Source: Leucoraja ocellata (lineage: Eukaryota). From it: a stretch of DNA of 64,000 nucleotides. Below the pieces are notes generated by a model. It saw only the letters and a list, made by a program, of their open reading frames with translations, had not been told where the DNA came from and ran no database searches. The stretch is from NCBI GenBank assembly GCA_036785375.1, contig JAWMAR010000035.1, forward strand, positions 10,230,001-10,294,000, written 5' to 3'. Position numbers and translations under genes: made by a program. The first letter of the stretch is position 1. The number at the start of each line of letters is the position of its first letter. Positions 51,397 to 63,060 of the stretch are shown here, one piece after another.

Positions 51397-51950
51397 AGAT
51401 TAGATTAGATTATTGTCATTGCACATTTACAGTACAACGAAATGGTTTAACCTTGCAGCCATAACATAGAATTAATAACAAAACACACACTCAACACAGT
51501 TTAACATCCACCACAGTGAGTCCACTAGGCACCTCCTCACTGTGATGGAAGGCAAAAGTCCCAAAGTCCTTGTCTCTTCCCTCCTTGTTCTCCCTCTGCG
51601 CTGAGGCGATCCAGGCCTCCGATGTTGTGACCCCGCCGGGTGATGGTAAGCAAGTCCGCGAACGGGCTGGATCAAACTCCGCGGCCCGGGGCGGTCGAAG
51701 CTGCTGAAGCTGCCGCCCTCCAGTCCAGCGGACAAAGCTGTTGTTGTGGGCACCCCGGCAAAACAGGTCACCAACCTGTGACCTGCGAGCTTCCGACGCT
51801 ATCGTCCACTGGGCCCACGGCCGAGGCTCCAAAGTCGGGTCACCGCCGCCCAAACACCGCCACAGCCCCGAAGTCGGGTCGTCGCCGCCGGAACGGCGCC
51901 ACAGCCCCGAAGTCGGGTCACAGGAACGCCGCCACAGCCCCGAAGTCGGG
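51397..51950 (-). mobile_element. GC-rich non-autonomous retroelement with a Rex-like 3' tail and an internal minisatellite
   Basis: (tagat)3 tail plus tattgtcattgcac; three to four copies of cgccacagccccgaagtcggg at 51820-51950. Confidence 0.5.
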
Positions 51951-53283
51951 AGAGGTAGATAGGGCTCTTAAAGATAGCGGAGTCAGGGGATATGGGGAGC
52001 AGGCAGGAACAGGGTACTTATTGTGGATGATCAACCATGATCACATTGAATGGCGGTGGCTCGATGTGCCAAATGGCCTACTCCTGCACCTATTGTCTAT
52101 TGGTACGTTGCCTGACTCAATTCAGACTTTGGCTCATGTTTTGATGAAACATCTGCAGCTTTGTTGCCTAATGCTTTTTTCAAGACTATTTGACGTGCCT
52201 CCCTCCTAATATCGTTCATTCCCGGGATCACGGGACTGACATATGATGAAAGAATATGTCGTCTGGACATGTAAGGCAGTGGAAGCCAATTCACTGGATG
52301 TTTTCAAGAGAGATTTAGCTCTTAGGGCTAACGGAATCAAGGGATATGGGGAAAAAGCAGGAACGGGGTACTGTCTTTGGATGGTCAGCCATGATCATAT
52401 TGAATGGCGGTGCTGGCTCGAAGAGAAATGGCCTACTCCTGTACCTATTTTCTATGTAATCCTGAGATCAATCAACATTCTCCTGTCTGCTCTGAAACTA
52501 ACTCCAATATTTGTGCATACACAAAAGGCTGGAGTAACTCAGTGGGTCAGGCAGCATCTCTGCATGCACTGTCTAATCTTGCTGACGCTAGAGTGCATTC
52601 AGTAGCATCTTGATTATGAGGTTTTCACCATTGTTTTCAATTTGCTACATGGCCTCCATCTTCTTGAAATCTCAACCAGTCCTGTAAACATGGAACTATA
52701 CAACCCAGCAACAGGCATATCCACAGTTATTCCAAAAACATGATTGCGTAAATCAAGCTAGGGTATTAAATGAACAAGCGTGTTATTTCAAAAATGCAGA
52801 AATCAAGTATGCATAAAGCGCAATGTGCCTGTACTTCTATCAAATTTGCCCCTCTGCCTCCAATGCTCCAGAGAAAACAATCCAAATTTGTTCAACCTGT
52901 CCGTATAGCTAATGCCCCCTAATCCAGGCACATCTATGTGAACCTCTTCTATACCCTTTCCAAAGCCTCCACGTCCTTCCTGTAATGTAGTGCTCAGAAC
53001 TGCACACAATACTCCAAATATAGCCTAAGCGATTTGTACAGCTGCAATATGACTACCTGATTTTTATACTCAATGCCTCAACCTATGAAGGCATATGTCT
53101 TCTTTATCACCCTGCCTACTTGTGTAGCCACTTCATGAACTATGGACATACATCCCAAGATCCTTCCGCATTTCACTGCTCCAAATATTGCTTTCACCTT
53201 ACATTTGATCTCCTTCAAAGATTTTCAGATTAAACTCTTTTTGCCAATTCTCCATTCATATTTTCAATGTATCTGTATCCTGG

Positions 53284-53785
53284 AGATACAAGGAACTGCA
53301 GATGCTAGTTTACAAAAAGACACAAAGTGCTGGAGTGACTCAGCAGGTCAGGCATCATCTCTGGAGAACATGGAAAGGTGATGTTTTGGGTGGGGACCCT
53401 TCTTCAGACTGATTGTAGGGAGGGTGGACATAGTCTGGTAGGTAATACATTGATTCAGATGAGTGGAGTTTCTGATAGGCAGATGGTTAGGCAAAGTCCT
53501 GAGATGAAAAGACAGAAGTGAGACAAAAGGATTTAAGAGTTGTGGACAGTGAAGTTAGAGGAAGGAAGGGAGGGGGAGGGGGGAAATAGGCGCAAGTCCA
53601 GATGGGGGGAGGGGGAGGGGAGCTTGGGCGAAGAAGAGAGAGAGGAGGGTATAGTTGTTATCTAAAATTAGAGAATTCGATGTTCTTACGATTGGGTTGT
53701 AAGCTACCCAAGCAGAATAAGAGCTGTTCCAGTTTGCATGTGCTCTCACTCAATGGTGGATGACCAGGATAGAAAGGTCACTATG
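53284..53785 (-). mobile_element. Penelope-like element 3' fragment
   Basis: Decayed KLEQL.ILFCLGSLQPN..NIEFSNF end plus the same 3' unit (gacccttcttcagact on the plus strand). Confidence 0.75.
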
Positions 53786-55703
53786 GAAATTATCTATATC
53801 CTGTTTTATTGTTTGACTCCCTTCATCAGTATCCACACGCCACTATCCACAACTTCCCCCCATACATATTCTCCTCCCGTCATTTACCACGGAGGTCCCA
53901 GCACTGATCCCTGCAAAATACCATTGTCTCCAATGACCTCCAGTCAGAGAAACACCCCTCCACCACTCCCTTCTGTCTTCTATGGCCAAACCAATTTTGA
54001 AAATCCAAGTCACTGTTGGTACCATGCATTGCAACCTCCTGGGCCAGCCAACCATGAGGGGCCTTGTCAAATGCCTTTCCTCAGTTCATTAAAAGTAATG
54101 ACTAAATGACCATCAACATTTGGGGATATGAGGAGAAACCAGAGTGTAAAGGGGAAACCCACCCAATTACAGGGAGAACCTGCAAACTCCACACAGAACG
54201 TACTGAAGGTCACTGGAGCTTTGGGGGGCAGCTTGTGGACTTATGGACTTCCTGCTGTGCCACACTGCTGCCCTTTCGCAAGGAATCGCCTGACCTAATG
54301 TTTTAGAATTTAGGTGTTTTGCTCTTAGTTTTACTGATGATTTAACCAATATTTTCATTGCTCTGTTTGTCCACCTCCGAGATGCATCATCACCTCATAC
54401 CCACAACCCCAGTCTTCTTCTTGCGTATGGTGTGCACAGCCTAAAGTTGTAGGACAACTTGTTCTATTTGATCTAAATTGATTGTGCACGTCGGGTTGAT
54501 TGCATTAGTTGAAACAGGACGACCTCGTGAAGGTTGCAATCTCCCACACCACAACCCCAGTGACCCTGGTTCAATTCTGATCTCTCTGTGTGATATTTAT
54601 TCACCTCAGTGAATATTATCTAATTCATATCCATTGGATAAACCCATACTTTCAGAAAGTTTAACATGCCTTGAAAATAGTCACCTGCTTCTCAATATCC
54701 ATCTTCCTTGTCTTTTGAGTTAACTGTCTCCTGAATGGAACATTTCTCCTAAATAATGGCATGATCGGTTAAGGCTTTGGATTATCTTTAAAGTTCTCAA
54801 CTAATATTTTTTAACCCTGTGCATGCATGTTCCTGCTTATTCTGTGTTTCTTGGATTGGCCACATTGGGTAAGCCAGATATTTATTGTCACAACTCCATT
54901 CTCAATTGCTATTCCACACACAAGTGCCCTTGTTAGAGCACTGATTAACCAAAATGTGCTATGCAGTTTCGGGTAAGCCATACCTTCACTGTGTCTGAAG
55001 ATTGGTCCTGACCCAAAACATTGCTTGTTTATTCCCATCACAGTTACTGCAGTTTGTGTTTTGCCCTTCACAGTAAAATTTTGATTGGAGCCAAGTTCCC
55101 TAAAGTCTTAACAAAGCCAAAATAAGGCATTAAAAACATTTCAGCTTCAAGAACAGGTTCTTCCCAACAACCATCAGGCACTTGAATACTACAAAATGCT
55201 ATCTAAACAATGAATTGCCCTAGTTGCATGAAAGACTTTGAGCTTTTTGCACTAATCTCAAGGTTTTTAATTTATTGAATTGTTTTGTTTGCTATGTAAT
55301 TGATGAGTACCGTGTTTACAGGCCTGTTATGCTGCTGCAAGTAAGAATTTAACTATTCAGTCGTTAGTATGTATGACAATTAAACACTCTTGAAATAATC
55401 CTAGAACTGATTATTTGAATGACTAAACAAGCCATTTGCAATTCTTGCTTTCCTTTAGTATCTTCTTATGCACATAAACTGTGTGGACATGAGAAAAAAA
55501 TGGACATCTGCTTTTACTGTTTTAATACTGTAACAAAAATGAAGGAATGCATTCCCATTCTAATTTTACTGATTTCCTCAAAAGTGTTATAGCTGTAGCA
55601 TGGCATTAATTACACTTATATTAGTTCCAACTATTTAAGACCATTTAAGTTTATGTAAATAATTATTTATATTTATTTTCCTTGAAGGAGACATTTCATC
55701 CAA

Positions 55704-55864
55704 ATGAAGAGGAGGCCACAAATGGCATTGATTCACACGGTGTCTATTGCATTGCTGAAGAAACTTGGCTTGCACTGCAGATTTCAAAGTACCGGACGAC
55801 CCACTGCTCCTCTTGGCTCCCGAATTTTATCTGATCCCAGCCGAGTGTTTGAGCACAATATGTG
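55704..55864 (+). CDS. METTL8: METTL8 first clear coding exon (exon starts 55688), MKRRPQMALIHTVSIALLKKLGLHCRFQSTGRPTAPLGSRILSDPSRVFEHNM(W)
   Basis: ttccttgaag acceptor, gtaaga donor; APLGSRIL.DP..VFEHNMW is diagnostic; basic, acid-free N-terminus resembles a mitochondrial presequence. Confidence 0.93.
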
Positions 55865-56661
55865 GTAAGAAGAAGGGACACAAACCAGGCTGCATTCATG
55901 TTGCTCACATAAAATCCTGTTAGAAGAAATATTACTTTAAAGTTGTTTATGATATTATTCAATTTTCTTATCACGCAAGATGATAGCGAAGCAATTAAAG
56001 ACGATTGCCTCTGAAATTATTACTTTAATTTCAATTTCGGATTTCTTAGTATTTCTTAGTTGAAAAGTTCAGTGAGAAGACATGTAGTAATAAATTGTGG
56101 TGGTAGAACACTTGGATAAGACACTCGCAAACACAATTAAAACTTCATGTCAATTTGTTATGGAGCAAGACTGGTCTAAAATTTCACATGGCCAGATTTT
56201 ATGTTTATATGTTTTTTTTTAAGATTTACAGAGTGGAAACAGGCACTTCGGCCCACAGATTCCACGCTAACCAGTAATCACCCCATACACTTACACTACC
56301 CTACACGTTGGAGTGTGGGAAGAAACTGAAGCACCAGGAGAAGACTCACACGGTCACAGGGAGAACGTATAAACTTAATATTGATAGCACCCGTAGTCAG
56401 GATTGAACCCGGGTCTCTGATGCTGTAAGGCAGCAGCTCTACCGCTGCTCCACTGTGCTGTCCCATTTCTTATCACTTATCTCTTAATGTGCAAAAACAT
56501 TGACCAAAAAAAAGGCCATCTATTTTTGTAAAAACTCTTTTCCTTTCAATCGTCTGTATTCTGGTCATGTACAGAATATAAAATGTCTAAATTATGAGTT
56601 TGTGGTATTCTTTTCTCTTAACAGTGGCAAACCTTAAGAAAATAAACTTTTTTTTCTCCAG

Positions 56662-56753
56662 GGATCACATGCAATGGACTCCAGAGCAGGAAGCTCTTGC
56701 TAGACAAAAAGCTGAAGAAAATTCTAGTGTTAAAGTCTCAATAGAAGAACAAG
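56662..56753 (+). CDS. METTL8: METTL8 coding exon (92 nt), DHMQWTPEQEALARQKAEENSSVKVSIEEQ
   Basis: tttctccag acceptor, gtgaat donor; matches DHMQWSKEEEAAARKKVKENS. Confidence 0.95.
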
Positions 56754-57397
56754 GTGAATAATGTTTTAATTGAACCTTTGAGATTTTTTTGGATGATACA
56801 CCAAGTGGAAGACATTGATTCATAATTACACTATTTGTAACAGCAAAATGCTCATATGTTAAGGTAGACACAAAATGTTGGAGTAACTCAGCGGGACAGG
56901 CAGCATCTCTGGAGAGAAGGAATGGGCTTATTCTGCTCATATGCTAATGCCAATGAGGAAAAATATTGCTCTATTTTGATTTTCTAATTGAATTTAGGCC
57001 CAGATTACTTTTGCTGTAGGCAATGTAAAAATGAATTAACTCAACAAAATAATAGATGATATAATTATGTCAGAGGCTGAGAGACCTGATAGAACTATAT
57101 AAAATTATGAGAACCATAGATACCTACCTCGGCTAGGCAGTCATTATCTTTTTCCCCAGGGTGGAAATGTCAAAGACCAGAGGGCACAGTTTTAAGATGA
57201 AAGGAGAAGGGCAGCGCAAGGTGTTTTTTACTCAGATGGTGGCGGATGATGGTGGTGGCATTCTGAAGGCTTTTGCATAGGTACATGGGTATGGTAGGAT
57301 ATGGATCACGTGTAGACAGAAGAGATTAATTTAAACTGGCATCATGTTCAACACAGACATTGTGAGCCGAAGCGTCTTTTCCTGTGCTGTACTGTTC

Positions 57398-58152
57398 TAG
57401 AAACATAGGTGCAGGAGTAGGAGCATTTGGCCCTTCGAGTCAGCACCGCCATTCAATATGGTCATGGCTGATCATCTAAAATCAGTACCCCGTTCCTGCT
57501 TTTTTCCCCATATCCCTTGATTCCCTTAGCCCTAAGAGCTAAATCCAACTTTCTCTTGAAAACATCTAGTGAATTGGCATTCACTACCTCTGTGGCAGAG
57601 CATTCCACCGATTCACAAATCTCTGGGTGACATTGTATTTTCCTCACCTCAGTCCTAAATGGCCTACCTTTTATTCTTAAACTCTGACCCCTGGTTCTGC
57701 CATGATCATATTGAATGGCGGTGCAGGCTCGAAGGGCCGAATGGCCTACTCCTGCACCTAATTTCTATGTTTCTGGACTCCAACATCAGGAACATTTTAG
57801 CATCCAGTCTGTCCAATCCTTTAATAATTTTATATGTTTCTATAAGATATCCTCTCATCCTTCTAAATTCCAGTGAATACAAACCCAGTCGACCCATTCT
57901 TTCATCATATGTCAGTTCTGCCATCCCGGGAATTAACCTGGTGAACCTACGCTGCACTCCCTCAATAGCAATAATGTCCTTCCTCAAATTAGGAGACCAA
58001 AATTGCACACAATACTCCAGGTGTGGTCTCACCAGGGGCCTGTACAGCTTCAGTAGGACCTCCTTGTTCCTAAACTCAAATCCTCCTGCAATGAAGGCCA
58101 ACGTGCCATTAGCTTTCTTCACTGCCTGCTGTTCCTGCCTGCTGCACGCTTA
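57398..58152 (-). mobile_element. CR1 3' fragment containing an inverted ~75-nt young CR1 tip
   Basis: RPHLEYCVQFWSPNLRKDIIAIEGVQRRF; 57700-57774 is the plus-strand 3' tip of the young family. Confidence 0.88.
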
Positions 58153-58435
58153 CTTACTACGTTTAGGAGTAGCATTCCAACTATTTAAGACCATATAAGT
58201 TGGAAGCCGGGATGCCAGAGTCAGGTTAGCAAGTAAAATCCTGTATCTGCAGTAGTATTGATAGAGGAAGAGAACTGCTTATACTGTACTACACCAGCAG
58301 CCTCTGTTGTCTAAGATCATCACCCTAATACCTGTTATTTCTCACTCTCACATGGCCATCCTTTGCTTGGTTCTCTAAGGATTGGAGGATTGCCGTCTAC
58401 AGGTGTCACCCAACAGGACTGACAATTGAAAGAAT

Positions 58436-58740
58436 GGGCGGCACGGTGACGCAGCGGTATAGTTGCGGCCTTACAGCGCCAGAGACTTGGGTTCGAACCT
58501 GACTCAAGGTGCTGTCGGTACAGAGTTTGTACGTTCTCTCTGTGACCGTGTGCATTTTTGCCGGGTGTTCCGGTTTCCTCCCACACTCCAAAGATGTACA
58601 GGTTTGTAGGTTAATTGGCTTGGTATAATTGTAATTATAAATTGTAGGATAGTGTTCGTGTGCAGAGATTGCTGGTCGGCACTGACTTGGTGGGCTAAAG
58701 GGCCTGTTTCCACGCTGTATCTCTAAATTAAACTAAACTA
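58436..58740 (+). mobile_element. HE1-like V-SINE, well preserved
   Basis: gggcggcacggtgacgcagcgg...gggttcgaacct head, V-domain, gggcctgtttccacgctgtatctctaaa(ctaaa)n tail. Confidence 0.85.
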
Positions 58741-59067
58741 AAATAAACCAGAAAGAGATGGACGTAATCATCATGCATGAGTTACTTTAAATTTTGTGCT
58801 GGACAAAGTATTGGAACCAATTCCAGGCAACAGCATAAACTTTCATTTGGGGAGGCATAAAGCAATCTAGGCGGAGTGAGCCCATGCGACTGATTTAAGT
58901 CAAGTCAAGTCAATTCGTCACACTTTTTAACATAGAATTGTAATACACAGGAACAAGCCCTTCAGCAATCATGTCTGCACCAACAATAATGCCAATATGA
59001 ACTAATCTTACTTGCTTGCACATAGGTTCAAATTCTTCTATCCCCTGCCTGTTCATGTACCTATCTA

Positions 59068-60430
59068 CAGTGCATTCAGAAAGTATTCAGACCCCTTCAC
59101 TTTTTCCACATTTTGTTACGTTACAGCCTTATTCTAAAATGGATTAAATTCTCTCTTTTTTTTTAAATCATCATCTACACACAATACCCCATGATAAAAA
59201 ATTGAAAACAGGAGTTTAGAAATTTTTGCAAAGTAATTAACTGAAATATCACATTTACATAAGTATTCAGTCCCTTTGCTCAGTACTTAGTTGAGGCACC
59301 TTTGGCAGCGATTACAGCCTCACGTCTTCTTGGGTATGACACTACAAGCTTGGCACACCTGTATTTGGGTAATTTCTCCCATTCTCTGCAGATCCTCTCA
59401 AGCTCTGTCAGGTTGGATGGGGAGCGTCAATGCACCGCTATTTTCAGGTCCCTCCAGAGATGTTCGATCGGGTGCAAGTCCAGGCTCTGGCTGGGCCACT
59501 CAAGGACAATCACAGACTTGTCACAAAGCCACTCCTGCGTTGTCTTGGCTGTGTACCTAGGGTTGTTGTCCTGTTGGAAGGTGAACCCCCCCCCCCTCTC
59601 TCCTCTCCCCCCCCCTCTCTCCTCTCCCCCCTCCCCCCTCCCCTCTCCCCCCCCTCTCCTCCCCCCCCCCTCCCCCTCTCCTCCCCCCCCCCTCCCGGCT
59701 TCCGTCTGGTCATTCTACCATAAAGCCTGATTGGTGGAGTGCTGTAGTTGTCCTTCTGGAAGGTTCTCCCATCTCCATAGAGGAACTCTGGAGCTCTGTC
59801 AGAGTGACCATCAGGTTCTTGGTCACCTCCCTGACCAAGGCTCTTCTCCCCTGATTACTCAGTTTGGCCTGGCAGCTAGCTTTATGAAGAGTCCTGGTGG
59901 TTCCAAAATTTTTCCATTTAAGAATGACGGAGGCCACTGTGCTCTTCGGGACCTGCAATGCTGCAGAAATTGTATCATACCCTTCCCCATATCTGTGTCT
60001 CGACACAATCCTGTCTCGGAGGTCTACGGACAATTCCTTCATCTTCACGGCTTGGTTTTTGCTCTGACATGCACTGTCAACTGTGGGACCTTATATAGAC
60101 AGGTGTGTGCCTTTCCAAGTCATGTCCTATCAATTTAATTTACCACTGGTGGACTCCAATCAAGTTGTAGAAACATCTCAAGGATAATCAATGGAAACAG
60201 GATGAACCTAAGCTCAATTTTGAATGTCATAGCAAAGGGTTTGAATAATTATGTAAATGTGATATTTCAGTTAATTCTTTGCAAAAATTTCTAAACACCT
60301 GTTTTCACTTCTTCTTTCTGTGTTATTGAGTGTAGGTTGATGATAGGAAAATAATCCATTTTAAAATAAGGCTGTAACGTAACAAAATGTGGAAAAAGTG
60401 AAGGGGTCTGAATACATTCTGAATGCACTG
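59068..60430 (-). mobile_element. Tc1-family DNA transposon, internally deleted
   Basis: ~200-bp TIRs starting CAGTGCATTCAGAA, TA TSD (59066-67 / 60431-32); transposase N-terminus MKMKELSVDLRDRIVSRHR..EGY..ISAALQVPKSTVAS; C-terminal [21 protein letters not shown]. Confidence 0.95.
59586..59697. repeat. Pure C/T low-complexity tract (G-rich on the minus strand) inside the Tc1
   Basis: ~110 nt of only C and T with many long C-runs. Confidence 0.9.
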
Positions 60431-61608
60431 TAAATGCCTCCAGAATGTTGCTATCATATCTGCTTCAGCCATCGCCCCTGGCAATGTTTAATTTAGTTTA
60501 GAGATACTATATGGAAACATGCCCTTCGGCCCATGGTGTCCACAATGATAATCTCTCACTCGTTCACACTCGTTGCCAAAACTATCAGCAAAATGAGTGA
60601 TTTTTAAAACAATAGAGATTTACATAGGATCATGATTTATGTTTCTCCGAGATTATTTATCCTGGCAGTGAATAGAAATGAAATTATTGCTATAAATTAT
60701 TTTGGGAAAAATAATTTGTGGCCGTTAACAGAGATTCAAATGTCTCAAGATGTTTAGTTTACTAAAGAGAAGATCTGTGGAATTTCATTGCACTGCCAAG
60801 GGCAAAATACTTGCGTTTCAATGCCGTTACAATTAATTCACAAAACATTCTCCCTCCTTGTGAATCTGATTGCATCTTTTCTTGAATCAACAACTGCCGA
60901 CTCTTTAAATGAAATGAAAACTTGATTGCAAAATAAAGGTGCCGATGATAATTGGGAAAATGTTTTGCTTTCAAATCAGATTCTGGTGCCTGTTATTGCT
61001 CAATCTCAAGTGACAATGCATCACCTGGTCCACTCATGATTGGAGTCCTCTAAGCACTGCTAATTAATTCAGGTTAATTTAGTTTTGAGATACAGAGTAG
61101 AAACAGGCTCTTTGGCCCACTGAATCTGCACCAACCACGAGTTCTATCCTATACACTAGGTTCAATTTACAGAAGCCAATTAACCTACAAACCTGCCCGT
61201 CTTTGGAATGTGTGAGAAAACTGGAGCACTCGGAGAAAACCCACGCAGTCACAGGACGAACATACAAACAGCACCCGTAGTCAGGATTGAACCCGAGTCT
61301 CTAGCGCTGTTAGGCAGCAAATCTACCTCTACGCCACATATCATCTTTGGGTTGTATTCCTAACTGGAAAAATATGATTTGTATAATTTAATAATTTTGT
61401 TTAAATCTGCTTTAGATCTTTTTTGTAAATACATATTTTGTTTGATTGCACTGAATTTTTTCAGGTTTAGTTTATGAACTTGCCTTTCTGTAGCTTCCTA
61501 AATCCTTTCGACTAGTGATCACAGTTTCAAAATAGCCATACTGTGACAACAATAGATACATTTTGTTTTTCCTTTCTGTTTTTTTTTCTATAATTTTTTA
61601 TACTACAG

Positions 61609-62003
61609 TCAAATACGATAAAGATGCCTGTAGTTACTGGAATGAATTCTACAGAGCTCACCAAAACAAATTCTTCAAAGATCGTAGATGGTTGTTCATG
61701 GAATTTCCCGAGCTCCTGCCATACAGAACACACGAGTGTAATGAAGTTGTCCTTGAACCGGAAAAGACTTCCATATTATTTTCTCCCGTTTGCTCGCAGA
61801 TGCAAACAAAATTGGACAGTGTTAACAAGACCCATGCTGAACAGGCAGTTGAAACTGTGGAGAAAGCAGAATCTGTGCAGAGAACAAGGAGAACAAATGA
61901 TGACATGAACATGGAGCATAAAGGACAAGACTGGAAATGGATGGACAGACAAAAGAATCAAGGATATTTTCCTGGTATTGACTTCACCTTCAAAATATTT
62001 GAG
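61609..62003 (+). CDS. METTL8: METTL8 large coding exon (395 nt), (V)[36 protein letters not shown]...[12 protein letters not shown]
   Basis: ctacag acceptor, gtatgt donor; YW..FY..H.NKFFKDR.WL..EFPE motif of METTL2/6/8. Confidence 0.95.
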
Positions 62004-63010
62004 GTATGTGTGCAGAGCAAAAAAAAGGGCATTTGTATTGTCTGTATTTTTATTAGTTATAAATGTATACAAATCTACCAATACAGTAGTTTCTCACAAC
62101 TTTGGTGACAATGCACTTCCAGATATGTGGGATCTAGCACCAAATTGTCAATAGACATACCATTTCTCTCCTTGTCTGTCATGCTATTATGAAGCAGATG
62201 TCAGTTGTTTGTAAAGGAATTGAGGTAAAATTCAGACTAATTTAAATGTTTCCATTGAATTTCCATCCTTTTGGTGTGAGTTGGCGTTCAAATAGTTTGA
62301 GCTAGCAAAAATTATTTCTGTGCAGGAAAACTCCATTAGGAGTTTCTGATTTCCATCAGAAAACTCCTGGGTGAGTAGCAGGTTATAATTATTCAAGTTT
62401 CACCTATTTTTGGACAGATTATTTTGTATGCCATTTACAGGATATTTAAATTTGTTGTCATTATTTTACAAAATTAGTGTGAATAGAGTTTAAATTGAAA
62501 GCTTTTTTCAAAGGTGTTAATTGCATAAATAAATTTGTAGTTCATATGTTGCACGTGCAGAGATCATTTTGTGGGTAGAAGAAAAATTTGTATTTTAAAT
62601 GTTCTCGTCAATTGATCTGCACTCTAATAATTAAAAATGTGCTCACACCGTTTAACATCAGTGCTTGACCTTGTATGTCCTATTCAAGTGAAGTTGCTGA
62701 TTTGTGATTCTGTAGCCAATCAATGAACAATCAAAGGGATTACTGAGACTACCCCTAACTTCACTCTTCCCCACTCTGCCTATATAGATTTCTGTGAAGT
62801 TCAGGATGTGTGCAACACTTCCTTTCTCTTCACCCTCTATGAAGTAACTTACTGAAACATAGGTTGAACCTTTTAACTTTATGATTCAGGCTCTGCCTAT
62901 TGAACCATAATATTTGACATTTATTTCGCAAGTGTAATTGTGCTACTTGCAATCTGCTGACCACAAAAAATAATACATTTATGCTTTTATGCTTGATTTG
63001 ATATCATCAG

Positions 63011-63060
63011 GTTGGATGCGGTGCAGGAAACAGTGTTTTTCCTATCTTGAGTAAAATTCG
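63011..63060 (+). CDS. METTL8: METTL8 coding exon (50 nt), VGCGAGNSVFPILSKI; gene continues beyond the window
   Basis: atcag acceptor, gtaagt donor; completes the SAM-binding motif I E|VGCGAG. Confidence 0.95.

Noticed and set aside
51820-51950. Repeat-spacer-like array of cgccacagccccgaagtcggg
   Set aside because: Spacers are short and related to each other, the context is eukaryotic and there are no cas genes; a minisatellite within a retroelement, not CRISPR
58436-58510. tRNA-like sequences with A/B boxes (also 33882, 42429)
   Set aside because: Heads of V-SINEs running into the SINE core and tail; no complete cloverleaf
59291-59730. Proline-rich / glycine-rich ORFs
   Set aside because: Translation of the C/T tract and antisense Tc1 sequence
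61563-62108. 181-aa ORF as a stand-alone gene
   Set aside because: It is the 395-nt METTL8 exon plus read-through into flanking introns
55688-63060. Alternative assignment to METTL2 or METTL6
   Set aside because: The APLGSRIL and HNMWDHMQW residues, the presequence-like N-terminus and head-to-head synteny with DCAF17 favour METTL8
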